From a virus (Duplodnaviria > Caudoviricetes), in the IMG/VR virus record IMGVR_UViG_3300009031_000221, positions 416,001 through 480,000 of that record: a stretch of 64,000 nt of DNA; one strand, written 5' to 3'. A program made the translations under genes and the position numbers. Below, one piece after another: positions 44,859 to 53,780 of the stretch. The first letter of the stretch is position 1; every line of letters begins with the position of its first letter. Under the pieces are notes generated by a model that worked only from the letters and a program-made list of their open reading frames with translations, was not told the DNA's origin and searched no databases.

Positions 44859-45547
44859 CGTCTATTCCGATACAGCATTGTGCGATGCACGGAAGGGTTG
44901 AATCCTAACGCACCCTTCATGGGCGGATCCACAACCCGATTGATGTCATCCCGTAGGAATCCCACGGCGGCAACTTCCTTGCGTTCATTCAGAATCTTGA
45001 CAACTCCTTCCATGGCAAGTTCCATCAAGAACTCGTTATCCTCTGCGTAGGCAAAGTATCCACCCTCATATCGGATCTCCCGAATCATTGCCCAAGGGCC
45101 TTGGGCACGGCGAATAGTCCGTTGCTTCCACTGAGGGTCGTTGAATATCGTCCCCACCATGAGGCCACTACCGGTGAAGGACTTGAAGCCTTGCTCATTA
45201 GACCATCGCAAGGTCTTGCCCCATGCTGTGGTTGCAAACCCTTCCTTCTCCTGGATTCCAAATGGGCGAATTCGATCAATAAAACTGATGACCATTACCG
45301 CAAGTCGATTGGCATCACTCATGGTTTTCCCAATGAGCAACGCATCCGACCCGTTGATAAGGGATGCAGTCGCATGGGCACACATCCACGTCGAGGCACC
45401 AATTCCGCAGTAGGCACCATTTTCATCCATCATGTCAAGCTCGCCAAAGCTTGCATAGGAGCGAACGTTGGCGGCGTGCTTCTTGGTTATGAAGGTGTCC
45501 AATTCTTCAAATCCCATGCGCTCATAGACATCTTCAATGGTTACCAT
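44855..45547 (-). CDS. hypothetical protein
   Basis: Tiling; start trimmed to ATG 45547. Confidence 0.6.
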   Translation of the reverse strand: MVTIEDVYERMGFEELDTFITKKHAANVRSYASFGELDMMDENGAYCGIGASTWMCAHATASLINGSDALLIGKTMSDANRLAVMVISFIDRIRPFGIQEKEGFATTAWGKTLRWSNEQGFKSFTGSGLMVGTIFNDPQWKQRTIRRAQGPWAMIREIRYEGGYFAYAEDNEFLMELAMEGVVKILNERKEVAAVGFLRDDINRVVDPPMKGALGFNPSVHRTMLYRNRR

Positions 45548-46133
45548 ATTGCCCCATGATTTCTTCCCATGAACGGATTCGGGGTTCCTGGAAGATAGGA
45601 AATCCGTGTGCAAAGTCATCTAGGAATGAGAATGAAACCCCATACCGTGCCCATCTAGCCATCACAGAATCTGTGTCGAACGTGACCCCGTGATAGGCCC
45701 AACCATCAGGGATGTCCCCAAACACCCTATCCCGAAGCCGACCTTTACGCAGGGGTGTATGCCACCTCCACGTCAAGTCCACAACCTTGCCATTGATCGC
45801 GACCCAGCCATGCAATACAGGCCAGTGAGACAGGCCCATGGCCAACCCTTCGCAATACCTAAGAGTGCCCGTAGAATCCGCCAACGCAACCTTCTGTGCG
45901 TTGTGAAAGCACTCCTGAATCTTGAACCGACTGCCTGAGGCTTCTACCGCAGAAAATACAATGTCCCGTTCTTCATGGGTCAATGGGTGTGATGCTAACG
46001 GATTGCCATGGTCAAGGACGTAATCCTCTGGGCCATAGTAATAGAAGCCCTTGGGCAGATGCAGCCCCAGCTTACGCTTGAATTGCGTCGTTTCAATGAG
46101 GTAACGGAAAAGCTGGGTATCTGATGCATTCAT
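45534..46133 (-). CDS. hypothetical protein with possible Cys-His catalytic motif
   Basis: ECFHNA..YCEG..HGW. Confidence 0.55.
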   Translation of the reverse strand: MNASDTQLFRYLIETTQFKRKLGLHLPKGFYYYGPEDYVLDHGNPLASHPLTHEERDIVFSAVEASGSRFKIQECFHNAQKVALADSTGTLRYCEGLAMGLSHWPVLHGWVAINGKVVDLTWRWHTPLRKGRLRDRVFGDIPDGWAYHGVTFDTDSVMARWARYGVSFSFLDDFAHGFPIFQEPRIRSWEEIMGQYGNH

Positions 46134-46172
46134 TGCATTCTCAATACCCTAGACAGGCGTAAGCCGATCTAC

Positions 46173-46478
46173 CTAATCGAGGTCGAAGCCGTCGATCTCA
46201 TCGTTGAGGTCATCCCCTTCAAGATCATCCTCGAGATCGTCAAGATCATCGGGATCCTTATCAAGATCATCCTCATCGTCTTCCTCTTCATCGTCGTCAA
46301 CATTACCGTGCCGCTTGGAACGAATCCTTACCGGACCATCGTCATCAAATGACAACTCCCGTTCGGACTCATCCTCGTCCTCTTCTTCGTCCTCGTCATC
46401 ATCGAACCCCTCATCAAGGTCATCATCCTCATTGAGATCGTCGTCTTCTTCATCTTCCCATTCGTCATCGTAAGACAT
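46173..46478 (-). CDS. extremely acidic protein
   Basis: 61 of 101 residues D/E by hand count; GGAG RBS. Confidence 0.75.
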   Translation of the reverse strand: MSYDDEWEDEEDDDLNEDDDLDEGFDDDEDEEEDEDESERELSFDDDGPVRIRSKRHGNVDDDEEEDDEDDLDKDPDDLDDLEDDLEGDDLNDEIDGFDLD

Positions 46479-46489
46479 GTCGCACTCCG

Positions 46490-46687
46490 TTAGTTGCGGG
46501 CTAATTCGTTGCAGCGTTGCAGAAACTCATCCGGTTCCATGGTATCAAATTCCTTGCACATCGGGATTCCGTGTGCAAGGAAACTTTTATCATTTGCATG
46601 TACCCCTGCGGACACAATTTGGTTACAGAAGGGACAGCTAAAATCGACCATTTCAACAATTTCATCTTCTGGCATCGCATACCTCAC
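46490..46687 (-). CDS. small Zn-binding protein
   Basis: CPFC..H..C. Confidence 0.55.
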   Translation of the reverse strand: MRYAMPEDEIVEMVDFSCPFCNQIVSAGVHANDKSFLAHGIPMCKEFDTMEPDEFLQRCNELARN

Positions 46688-46719
46688 AACCTTAAAGGCG
46701 TATAGGAAAGCGATTGCGA

Positions 46720-47316
46720 TTAGACCTTGTATTTGGGATCGAGCAATTGGTCCGCCAATTCCCGCATCTGAATTTCTTCGGGCGAGGGATCGAAAGCGTG
46801 GCGATCTTCATCATCGAAGCAGTCACAATCAAATGCCGCCAGCTTGGCACGTTCATCCGCATACCATTTGAGAACTTCCAACGCCTTTTCCGCGTCCAGG
46901 TAATCCGCATCGGGGACGGTTTGCCGCAAGATGTCTACGCAGCTATGGAAGTAAGGCTGGGCATCTTCATCCGTGGCATTGCAAGGAGTAAATCCATCCC
47001 CGAAACCATAACGCATGTAGCCGATGCCCGGTTCGCCATCATCCTGGATCTGGTAGCCGATGAAATGTGCGATGTTCTCCAGGAATGCAATTCCCCGGGC
47101 ATAGGAGATCTGGGGGAAGCTGTGCAAATTCCGCCCATCCCCACCGAACACGCTATAGATGGCATGCCGATCCGCAGTCATAAAGGCATACGCCAAGGCA
47201 CGAATGGTGGCATCACTGGAATTGAGCACCGATCGAATCGCCTTGAAGGCATCATCGCAACGCGCCGATTCCGTAGCCATGTGCGAGGCCTTGAGATCCT
47301 TTACATTATCCGGCAT
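46720..47316 (-). CDS. hypothetical protein
   Basis: Start 1 nt after the RtcB stop. Confidence 0.65.
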   Translation of the reverse strand: MPDNVKDLKASHMATESARCDDAFKAIRSVLNSSDATIRALAYAFMTADRHAIYSVFGGDGRNLHSFPQISYARGIAFLENIAHFIGYQIQDDGEPGIGYMRYGFGDGFTPCNATDEDAQPYFHSCVDILRQTVPDADYLDAEKALEVLKWYADERAKLAAFDCDCFDDEDRHAFDPSPEEIQMRELADQLLDPKYKV

Positions 47317-47317
47317 G

Positions 47318-48508
47318 TCACTCTCCGCCTGCCTTGAAGTTGTAGATCGGCTTCAACTTGTCCACAACTTCCACCGTGTCACCGATGTAGGACGCCACAT
47401 CTACCGAGTCCTTGTATGCCATCGGCGACTCATCCAGCGTTCCCTGCCCGATGCAAGACGACCATACCCCCGAATCCGCCATGACTTGCTTGAACTCCGT
47501 CACACCAAGCTCTCGCTTTGCCTGCGACCGGGACATCTTGCGTCCCGCACCGTGAGGTGCCGAGTTGTTCCAATCCGGGTTACCCTTGCCCTTCCCGATG
47601 ACCACGCCATCCCGCATGTTCCACGGAATGATGACCGTTTCGCCCAGCTTTGCAGAGATCGCACCCTTGCGGATGATATCGTCATCACCGATGAAGTTGT
47701 GAACCGAGGTCACGATCTCCGCATCGCGGATCTTCACGTCGAAGAAATCCGCCAGGACATCCATCATGACCAACCGGCTCAGCATTGCGAACTTCTGGGC
47801 AATCCGCATGTCCCGCAGATAGCTCTGAGCATCATCGCCCTCGAGCCACTCCAGGCCATTCTTCCTCCCCATGGACGCAACCGCCTTCTTCTGGTGGAAC
47901 TCCGCGATCTTCAGGCCGAAGTTACGGCTACCCGAGTGAACGATGAGCCACAGCGCCTCGTCCAACCCGCGTCCGATCTCAATGAAGTGGTTGCCCCCAC
48001 CCAGGGAACCCGGCTGGCACCACACCTTGGAGATGTCCGAACCGACACGCTGAGCCAAGTTGCCAACGTCCTTCTCGAAGCCCTCCCAGTCCGATCCCCG
48101 GGAGAACCACAGCTTATACAGCCACTCCCGGCGCTTGGACGGGCGCTCCAATGAGGAGAAACCGGAAGGAACGTTCTTCCGTAGGTAGCGGTCGAACTCC
48201 GGCAAAATGGATTCAATCTTGCCAATCTTGTGGCTCTTGGATTCCGTTCCGCCCAGGCGCATCGCCTGAACACCGCAACCAATATCGACGCCAACAACGT
48301 TCGGGATGACCTTATCCGACAGCGGAGACGTGAACCCGACAACCGCACCCTTGCCCGCGTGAACGTCAGGCATGATACGGATTTGGCAACCCGCGAATGC
48401 AGGGCTGTTCAAGAAATCGTAGATCTGAGCAACAGCGTGCTGCTCGATGTCATTCGTGAACACCTTGCAACCGGTGTACTGTCCTTGATATTCCAACGGG
48501 TTTTCCAT
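47318..48508 (-). CDS. rtcB: RtcB RNA 3'-phosphate ligase
   Basis: MPDVHAG, VGVDIGCG, GSLGGGNHFIE, HSGSR, HN, RKGA, HGAGR, DESP.AYK. Confidence 0.95.
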   Translation of the reverse strand: MENPLEYQGQYTGCKVFTNDIEQHAVAQIYDFLNSPAFAGCQIRIMPDVHAGKGAVVGFTSPLSDKVIPNVVGVDIGCGVQAMRLGGTESKSHKIGKIESILPEFDRYLRKNVPSGFSSLERPSKRREWLYKLWFSRGSDWEGFEKDVGNLAQRVGSDISKVWCQPGSLGGGNHFIEIGRGLDEALWLIVHSGSRNFGLKIAEFHQKKAVASMGRKNGLEWLEGDDAQSYLRDMRIAQKFAMLSRLVMMDVLADFFDVKIRDAEIVTSVHNFIGDDDIIRKGAISAKLGETVIIPWNMRDGVVIGKGKGNPDWNNSAPHGAGRKMSRSQAKRELGVTEFKQVMADSGVWSSCIGQGTLDESPMAYKDSVDVASYIGDTVEVVDKLKPIYNFKAGGE

Positions 48509-48514
48509 GATATC

Positions 48515-48859
48515 CTACTTCAGGCTATTAGCCTTCTCCGTCATCCCACGAGTGACGTATTCTCCGGTACAAACTCTCAAGGCATGCTTTGCCTTATTCG
48601 ACAGGAAGTTGATCATCCCACCGCCAACATGATTCGTCACGGCGTTCAGAGGGTTTTTTGCCGTACCCCCATTCTCAGGGCGATCCAGATTGTAGCACTC
48701 CCACATACCTGTTGACGGAATGAATTGAAGCACCCCGATAAACTCATTTTCTCCGAACCAGATCTCGGCGGCATGCCCCTCCAGCACCTTGACAATCCAC
48801 GGCGAAGTAGATCCTTCACGGATACCAAACAGGGACTTGATTTCTTCAATCGGGGTCAT
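48515..48859 (-). CDS. hypothetical protein
   Basis: Gene tiling. Confidence 0.6.
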   Translation of the reverse strand: MTPIEEIKSLFGIREGSTSPWIVKVLEGHAAEIWFGENEFIGVLQFIPSTGMWECYNLDRPENGGTAKNPLNAVTNHVGGGMINFLSNKAKHALRVCTGEYVTRGMTEKANSLK

Positions 48860-48870
48860 TCAGGGGTTCC

Positions 48871-49110
48871 TTACAATTTGTTGTAGACTTCAACGGCCTT
48901 GTTGGCATCCACTCGCAGGCAGCGGACGTTATCGCGGGTCAACCCGGATCCGCAAGGGTACCGGTAGACGACCGTATACACGCCGGCACGGGGGTAGAAG
49001 TACATCCGCCTGGGGAAACGGACATTCACACCGGGACCTTCCGCCACGATGACTGCCGTATCCGATCGCGACCGAACCGACTTCGCAAGTACTTCGTTGA
49101 TATTCAGCAT
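48871..49110 (-). CDS. hypothetical protein
   Basis: AAGGAA RBS after element at 49149. Confidence 0.65.
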   Translation of the reverse strand: MLNINEVLAKSVRSRSDTAVIVAEGPGVNVRFPRRMYFYPRAGVYTVVYRYPCGSGLTRDNVRCLRVDANKAVEVYNKL

Positions 49111-49148
49111 TGACGTTCCTTTGCCTCGCATTATGCGGGCTACGTATC

Positions 49149-49175
49149 ATCTACGCTGGACTCTCAGGAAGTAAG
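49149..49175 (-). promoter_or_regulatory. conserved promoter-like element
   Basis: CTTACTT-N12-GCGTAGAT. Confidence 0.85.
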
Positions 49176-49478
49176 CTACGGCTCGAGCGTGTCCCTCTTG
49201 AATAGTTTGCTGAGCCTTGCTTCGACCTTCTCACGCGCCTTTGGAAGTGCCTTGATGGTACGAAGCATTTCACGATGCGAAATGACCTTATCCGCAGCCA
49301 GGATCTTGACCTTGTTCTCCGCCTCATCTCGATAGGCGAAAACAAATACCTCTGCTCTGGCACGGGCGCTAATATGCAGCAACGCCCACACAAGATCAAG
49401 GGTCGCACCAAGTAGAACGATGACCGCCATAACGATCATCACACCCTTGTAGTCCACATGCGCTAGAATCCAACCCAT
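49176..49478 (-). CDS. membrane protein
   Basis: TM segment; TAG stop abuts element. Confidence 0.6.
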   Translation of the reverse strand: MGWILAHVDYKGVMIVMAVIVLLGATLDLVWALLHISARARAEVFVFAYRDEAENKVKILAADKVISHREMLRTIKALPKAREKVEARLSKLFKRDTLEP

Positions 49479-49516
49479 CGTAGAGACCTCATAGCCCAAC
49501 GCACGGGCTATGGGTC

Positions 49517-49543
49517 ATCTACGCTGGATTTTTTGGAAGTAAG
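49517..49543 (-). promoter_or_regulatory. conserved promoter-like element
   Basis: CTTACTT-N12-GCGTAGAT; hairpin CATAGCCC-N7-GGGCTATG follows. Confidence 0.85.
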
Positions 49544-49552
49544 CCTACAGGC

Positions 49553-49864
49553 CTAGCAGTCGTCGCCTTCGTAACGGGGGTATGCCCAACCGTTACGATC
49601 GATGTGCCAAGGCGTATTGGTTCCGTCATGCACTTCATCCTGCAGCATGTTGTAAAGCATGCTCGAGCAGGGCTGTACGATAACTTCAACCTTGGTAGAC
49701 AAACCGGGCTCGTATTCGTCGAGCCACTTCACGGCATCCTTCGCAGCTGCCCGTGCTGAAGTGCTGGCACCCCAGATAACGCCGCCCACGCCGCCATAGT
49801 AGGTCTTCCCCTCAAACTGGAAGTCATTGTTGACGTACGCGATATGATACAAGTTACTAGTCAT
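49553..49864 (-). CDS. hypothetical protein
   Basis: GAGGAA RBS. Confidence 0.65.
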   Translation of the reverse strand: MTSNLYHIAYVNNDFQFEGKTYYGGVGGVIWGASTSARAAAKDAVKWLDEYEPGLSTKVEVIVQPCSSMLYNMLQDEVHDGTNTPWHIDRNGWAYPRYEGDDC

Positions 49865-49941
49865 TCTTTCCTCGTAGTGGTGTAGGTATGATGATAGGTG
49901 AGGCTGGCATCCTTTGCCATGCCCTCACCGTGTTCATCACA

Positions 49942-49968
49942 TTCTACGCACTATGAACGGAAACTGAG
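49942..49968 (-). promoter_or_regulatory. degenerate copy of promoter-like element
   Basis: CTCAGTT-N12-GCGTAGAA. Confidence 0.45.
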
Positions 49969-49982
49969 TCTAGCAAGGATGA

Positions 49983-50825
49983 TTACTTTTCATTCGCTTC
50001 GGCATCGGCAACCATCTTGGCGAACTCAGCCTTCCATCCACCGGGGCGCTTACCCAAAGTTCCGATGTACAGAACATCGCCCTTGACAGGGTTAATGGAA
50101 GTCGGGTACTGGTCACGCTGGGCAGAGAACACGGTGAAGTAATAGCCGTTCTTTCCCATCGCCTGCTTCAGGGGGTTGCCAGAATAGTAGACGCGGATAC
50201 GGGATTCGCCCTGTACGTTACCCTTGTCAACATATTCCTCAATCAGCTTGATACGATCAGCAGACGGTGGCTTCGCCGTCTTGTCGCTAATGTAAACCAC
50301 TTCGATCATAGCACGTTGGTTGGCGCCGCCCGCATCCGAAGGGGTGTAACGATACAACCCGGTCTTGCTGCCGGATTCCTTGCCCTCAAAGCGTCCCTGA
50401 CCAAAGTCGCGAACCCCATCAGTGAATGCAATGATAACGGCATCGCCATCTACATCAACGACATTGCCTACCTTGCCGTCAAATTGTTCGCAGATGTCCG
50501 TGTTCTTTGGGTTCGTGTTCTTGGCAGCCTTGCACTCAACCATTTCACCCTTCTCAAGGGGGCCACGGGTTTGCTTGACGCCTTCTTCTTGCATTGGAAC
50601 ATGCAGACGATCCAACACCCTCTGGCATTCGTTCTTATCGAACTTCTCGCCCTTCATGATGCACCATGCGACAAACATTTCACTCTCCTCAGAGAATGAA
50701 AGCTTCGTGGAAGCCAATCGGGCATCCGTGTCCATGGTGTGCTCACGAATCACCGGCATCAGGTGCTCTTGCAACTGAGGGTATTCATGGGCCAAACGAA
50801 TCAGTTGCTTGATACGGTCATTCAT
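49983..50825 (-). CDS. hypothetical protein, possible virion/internal protein
   Basis: N-terminal LIRLAHE.P.L..HL.P motif recalled from jumbo-phage proteins; no conserved element upstream. Confidence 0.6.
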   Translation of the reverse strand: MNDRIKQLIRLAHEYPQLQEHLMPVIREHTMDTDARLASTKLSFSEESEMFVAWCIMKGEKFDKNECQRVLDRLHVPMQEEGVKQTRGPLEKGEMVECKAAKNTNPKNTDICEQFDGKVGNVVDVDGDAVIIAFTDGVRDFGQGRFEGKESGSKTGLYRYTPSDAGGANQRAMIEVVYISDKTAKPPSADRIKLIEEYVDKGNVQGESRIRVYYSGNPLKQAMGKNGYYFTVFSAQRDQYPTSINPVKGDVLYIGTLGKRPGGWKAEFAKMVADAEANEK

Positions 50826-50860
50826 TGTATGCGTCCTTCCTATAGGTCAATGGGGGAGAT

Positions 50861-50910
50861 GCGTTCGGTAGCTCTCCTACAAGCGAACTTATAGAAGAGC
50901 TACCGAATGC
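50861..50910. other. long intergenic hairpin
   Basis: GCGTTCGGTAGCTCT / AGAGCTACCGAATGC outer stem, inner CTACAAG-CGAA-CTTATAG. Confidence 0.6.
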
Positions 50911-50922
50911 GATGATGTATGA

Positions 50923-50949
50923 CTTACTTTACCGATCCACAGCGTAGAT
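50923..50949 (+). promoter_or_regulatory. conserved promoter-like element
   Basis: CTTACTT-N12-GCGTAGAT. Confidence 0.85.
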
Positions 50950-50988
50950 AGGCTACGGGGCGCATACGATGGCCCGAAGGAACCGACG

Positions 50989-51450
50989 ATGATCAAGCTT
51001 ACCGCCAAGAAGTATCGCCACTTCAACATCGGCCATGAGGGCGGGGCCATGTCCTGCGAACTCTACGTTGATGGCGTTCTGGCGGCACACGTTGAGAACG
51101 ACGGCACCGGTAGCTCGAACAAGTACACCTGGGTCGGCCCCTATGAGAAGTGCCACTCCATCAACGTCCCCGCGGACATCGCGGCACACGTCGAAGCGCA
51201 GCCCGAAGTCGATTACCACGGCTACAAGATGAAGCCCAACTTGGACATGCTGGTTGATGATGCCTGCTACGACTTCCAGATGAACCGCAAATTGACCATT
51301 CGCTGCAAGAAGGTGACGGTGTTCCGCTTCCCGACTGACCCGAAGGATCACTATCGCGAGTACGCCAAGCCCTTCACGCCCGCCATTGCGGCGGCGATTC
51401 GTGCCAAGCACCCGAATGTCATCATCATCAACGAGACCCTGGGGGCGTAG
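50989..51450 (+). CDS. conserved phage hypothetical protein
   Basis: GGAACCGACGATG start context. Confidence 0.75.
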   Translation: MIKLTAKKYRHFNIGHEGGAMSCELYVDGVLAAHVENDGTGSSNKYTWVGPYEKCHSINVPADIAAHVEAQPEVDYHGYKMKPNLDMLVDDACYDFQMNRKLTIRCKKVTVFRFPTDPKDHYREYAKPFTPAIAAAIRAKHPNVIIINETLGA

Positions 51451-51452
51451 GA

Positions 51453-51479
51453 CTTACTTCTAGCCCAATCCGCGTAGAT
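51453..51479 (+). promoter_or_regulatory. conserved promoter-like element
   Basis: CTTACTT-N12-GCGTAGAT. Confidence 0.85.
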
Positions 51480-51585
51480 AGAGTGTGGTGATAGTTTAGT
51501 TGTGAAAACAGCAGGACAACCCAAGCGGCAAACCTGTCATTCGCGGAATCGAAGCCCGCTCACCACCCCAAACGAGGTCTATCCA

Positions 51586-52035
51586 ATGAAGTTGAAAACT
51601 TTCCACCGCTACTCCGGGAGTATTACAGTCGCGGAAGTGCCCTGGTACACGTGGCTTTGGGCTCAGTTGTTCCGCCCATTAGGTTTCACCCTTTTCATCG
51701 TCGCATGTGGCTTCGGGATCGCCCAGATCCCGAAGCCCGATTACAGCTATCATCACCACTACGACGGCGTCGAATCCGTGCTGCTCCAAACGCAGCGTTC
51801 GGCTTCATTCATCGTTGTGATGCCCGATGGCACGCGGAAAGTGCAAGGCAATGAGTTCGGCGCCATCACCCTGATCTACGATGTGCCGGAAGGAAAACTT
51901 GGATGGGCGGACGCTACGCGGGATCGCGATTCGAATAATGAACAGGTCGTCATCCACACGCACGCAAAAGATCTGCAAGGCGGGGGCTGGGATCACGGAA
52001 AAGGGGGTAAAGGAACCACGGTACTGATTCCATGA
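51586..52035 (+). CDS. membrane-anchored protein
   Basis: TM segment; GAGG RBS. Confidence 0.65.
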   Translation: MKLKTFHRYSGSITVAEVPWYTWLWAQLFRPLGFTLFIVACGFGIAQIPKPDYSYHHHYDGVESVLLQTQRSASFIVVMPDGTRKVQGNEFGAITLIYDVPEGKLGWADATRDRDSNNEQVVIHTHAKDLQGGGWDHGKGGKGTTVLIP

Positions 52036-52838
52036 ACGAACGACCTCCATGCCGAGATTGTGGGAACTCGCAATACCATGCGGTGTCCTGTGAACATGCT
52101 TTCAGCCCCACGACACCGATCCTATCCCGGCATCGTGCCTATGGCCCATTGCCTTCCATGCTTGAAATATTGATGACGAAAGGAAAACTCATGCCCCCAT
52201 TGCCATCCCTTCGAGACATTTTGCCGGCAGGAACAATCATCACGCCTGTGCGTATGCCTGGGGGACTTCCCCCCCGTCATGACATTCTCATCAATGACTT
52301 CGTTCGTCGGCAGACGGCGGATTCCAAGCATTCCCATTGGATCCTCTCCGATGATGACTTGTTGGAACGCATCGAGGAAGCCTGGAGCCAGCAACGCCCA
52401 GGCTACCGTGATGGTGTCGTACTTGTGCCCGTGAACCCCCAGGGATTCTACACGTCCATCGTGACCCTCCAGGAAGGGGACAAGCTCATTGGGCAATTCA
52501 AGCGCCGCAAGGATGGAGAGGATCCCCGCAAGTCCACGATCAAGGATCGTGGGGACACTCCTTTGGAAGAGCTGAAGCAGCCCGCTGTCCTGGTTGACAT
52601 CATCCTCTACCGGGATGACGTGCTTGCGGAAGACAATGAACAAACAGGCCACGAGTGGAACATCATATCGATCAACGCCTACCCGACGAACGAGATCGCA
52701 CCGATCCACCCGGACGTGTTGATCGCCAACCACTTCCACCTGTCCGGTGGAACTGCCACGGGCATGACCCCAGAGCAGTTCGAGACCCAGATGCGTGAAT
52801 CCGTCCTGTACTGGAAGGACAAGGCAATGGTCGGCTAA
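52032..52838 (+). CDS. DUF3228-like protein (start uncertain)
   Basis: FVRRQ, GYRDGVVLVPV, LYR.DVLAE, P.HP..L.ANHF..SGGT, YWKDKA. Confidence 0.65.
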   Translation: MNERPPCRDCGNSQYHAVSCEHAFSPTTPILSRHRAYGPLPSMLEILMTKGKLMPPLPSLRDILPAGTIITPVRMPGGLPPRHDILINDFVRRQTADSKHSHWILSDDDLLERIEEAWSQQRPGYRDGVVLVPVNPQGFYTSIVTLQEGDKLIGQFKRRKDGEDPRKSTIKDRGDTPLEELKQPAVLVDIILYRDDVLAEDNEQTGHEWNIISINAYPTNEIAPIHPDVLIANHFHLSGGTATGMTPEQFETQMRESVLYWKDKAMVG

Positions 52839-53077
52839 TGGAACCCCTTACCCCAGATAAATGCACCAAGTGTAGCGGGGATACCGAAGAATGGTACTGC
52901 TACTGCACATGGGGATGTGAGGGCTGTGGTCTGAACCGTAAATGCCGAAAATGCGGATACGTATTCAAAGTCTACACACCGGAACAATTGGAAGAGAAAA
53001 AGAAGCAACGGCTAATCAGCCAAGCGGCAAGCAAAGCCGGGCATGAGGCTAGACTACGTAGGCAAGGAAAACGATGA
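52838..53077 (+). CDS. Zn-ribbon protein
   Basis: Four CxxC motifs. Confidence 0.6.
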   Translation: MEPLTPDKCTKCSGDTEEWYCYCTWGCEGCGLNRKCRKCGYVFKVYTPEQLEEKKKQRLISQAASKAGHEARLRRQGKR

Positions 53078-53247
53078 AGGTAGCCCCCCGTAAATTTCGT
53101 TGTGCCGTTTGTGGAAAAGAAGTGGCCGGCAGGCTTCCCCGTGGTGGTGACGGCACCTTCTTCTATCCCCGAAAGCACAATGTAAACGGAACCATTTGCA
53201 CCGGGGTCTATTCAGAAGCAGAATGGATGACTGACAAGCCAAAGTGA
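53074..53247 (+). CDS. small Zn-finger protein, 57 aa (not in ORF track)
   Basis: Manual translation MKVAPRKFRCAVCGKEV...KHNVNGTICTG...; ATGA coupling. Confidence 0.55.
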   Translation: MKVAPRKFRCAVCGKEVAGRLPRGGDGTFFYPRKHNVNGTICTGVYSEAEWMTDKPK

Positions 53248-53271
53248 CATCGCCTCGGGTACAGTTCCCGC

Positions 53272-53553
53272 ATGGGCAAACGTATCCGATCGACAGTTCG
53301 ATGTCCGTTCTGTGATATGGCGTATGAGTCATTTCGCTCCCCTGCCGTGCCATCTTTCCAAGAGGCGTATTCCATCAAGATTGAGGCTAGCCGCGATTCC
53401 CACGCTAACGGGGACTACAGCGACAATGCCTATCGAGGAACCGTCCTAGGGCTAATGCGGCTCGCTAAAATGGCAGCGTGGAAGGACGAACACCTTTATT
53501 GGTGCCAAGTCGAATATGAATCCCATTCAGTAGAGGAACAAATCCCCTTCTAG
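53272..53553 (+). CDS. hypothetical protein
   Basis: Gene tiling. Confidence 0.55.
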   Translation: MGKRIRSTVRCPFCDMAYESFRSPAVPSFQEAYSIKIEASRDSHANGDYSDNAYRGTVLGLMRLAKMAAWKDEHLYWCQVEYESHSVEEQIPF

Positions 53554-53570
53554 GGGTATAGGGAAATACC

Positions 53571-53780
53571 ATGTCATTCTATCGACAGAATCAAGCTCAA
53601 ATCGATCGCCAAAACCAATGGGAACAATCCCACGGCATGCGTCGGCGCCCTATAGACCTTGAATACCAACCTGAGCCCGATCCAAATGCCCCCAGGGAAC
53701 GAATCATCCCTTCCGTCATTGGCGATTGGAAACCTGATGACCGTCCAACCCATGGGGATGGATCCGTAGGAATCATCTAA
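53571..53780 (+). CDS. hypothetical protein
   Basis: Gene tiling. Confidence 0.55.
   Translation: MSFYRQNQAQIDRQNQWEQSHGMRRRPIDLEYQPEPDPNAPRERIIPSVIGDWKPDDRPTHGDGSVGII

Noticed and set aside
46173-46478. Ser-rich plus-strand ORF 46204..46473 and a GAT/GAA microsatellite interpretation
   Set aside because: These are simply the antisense reading and codon content of the acidic protein
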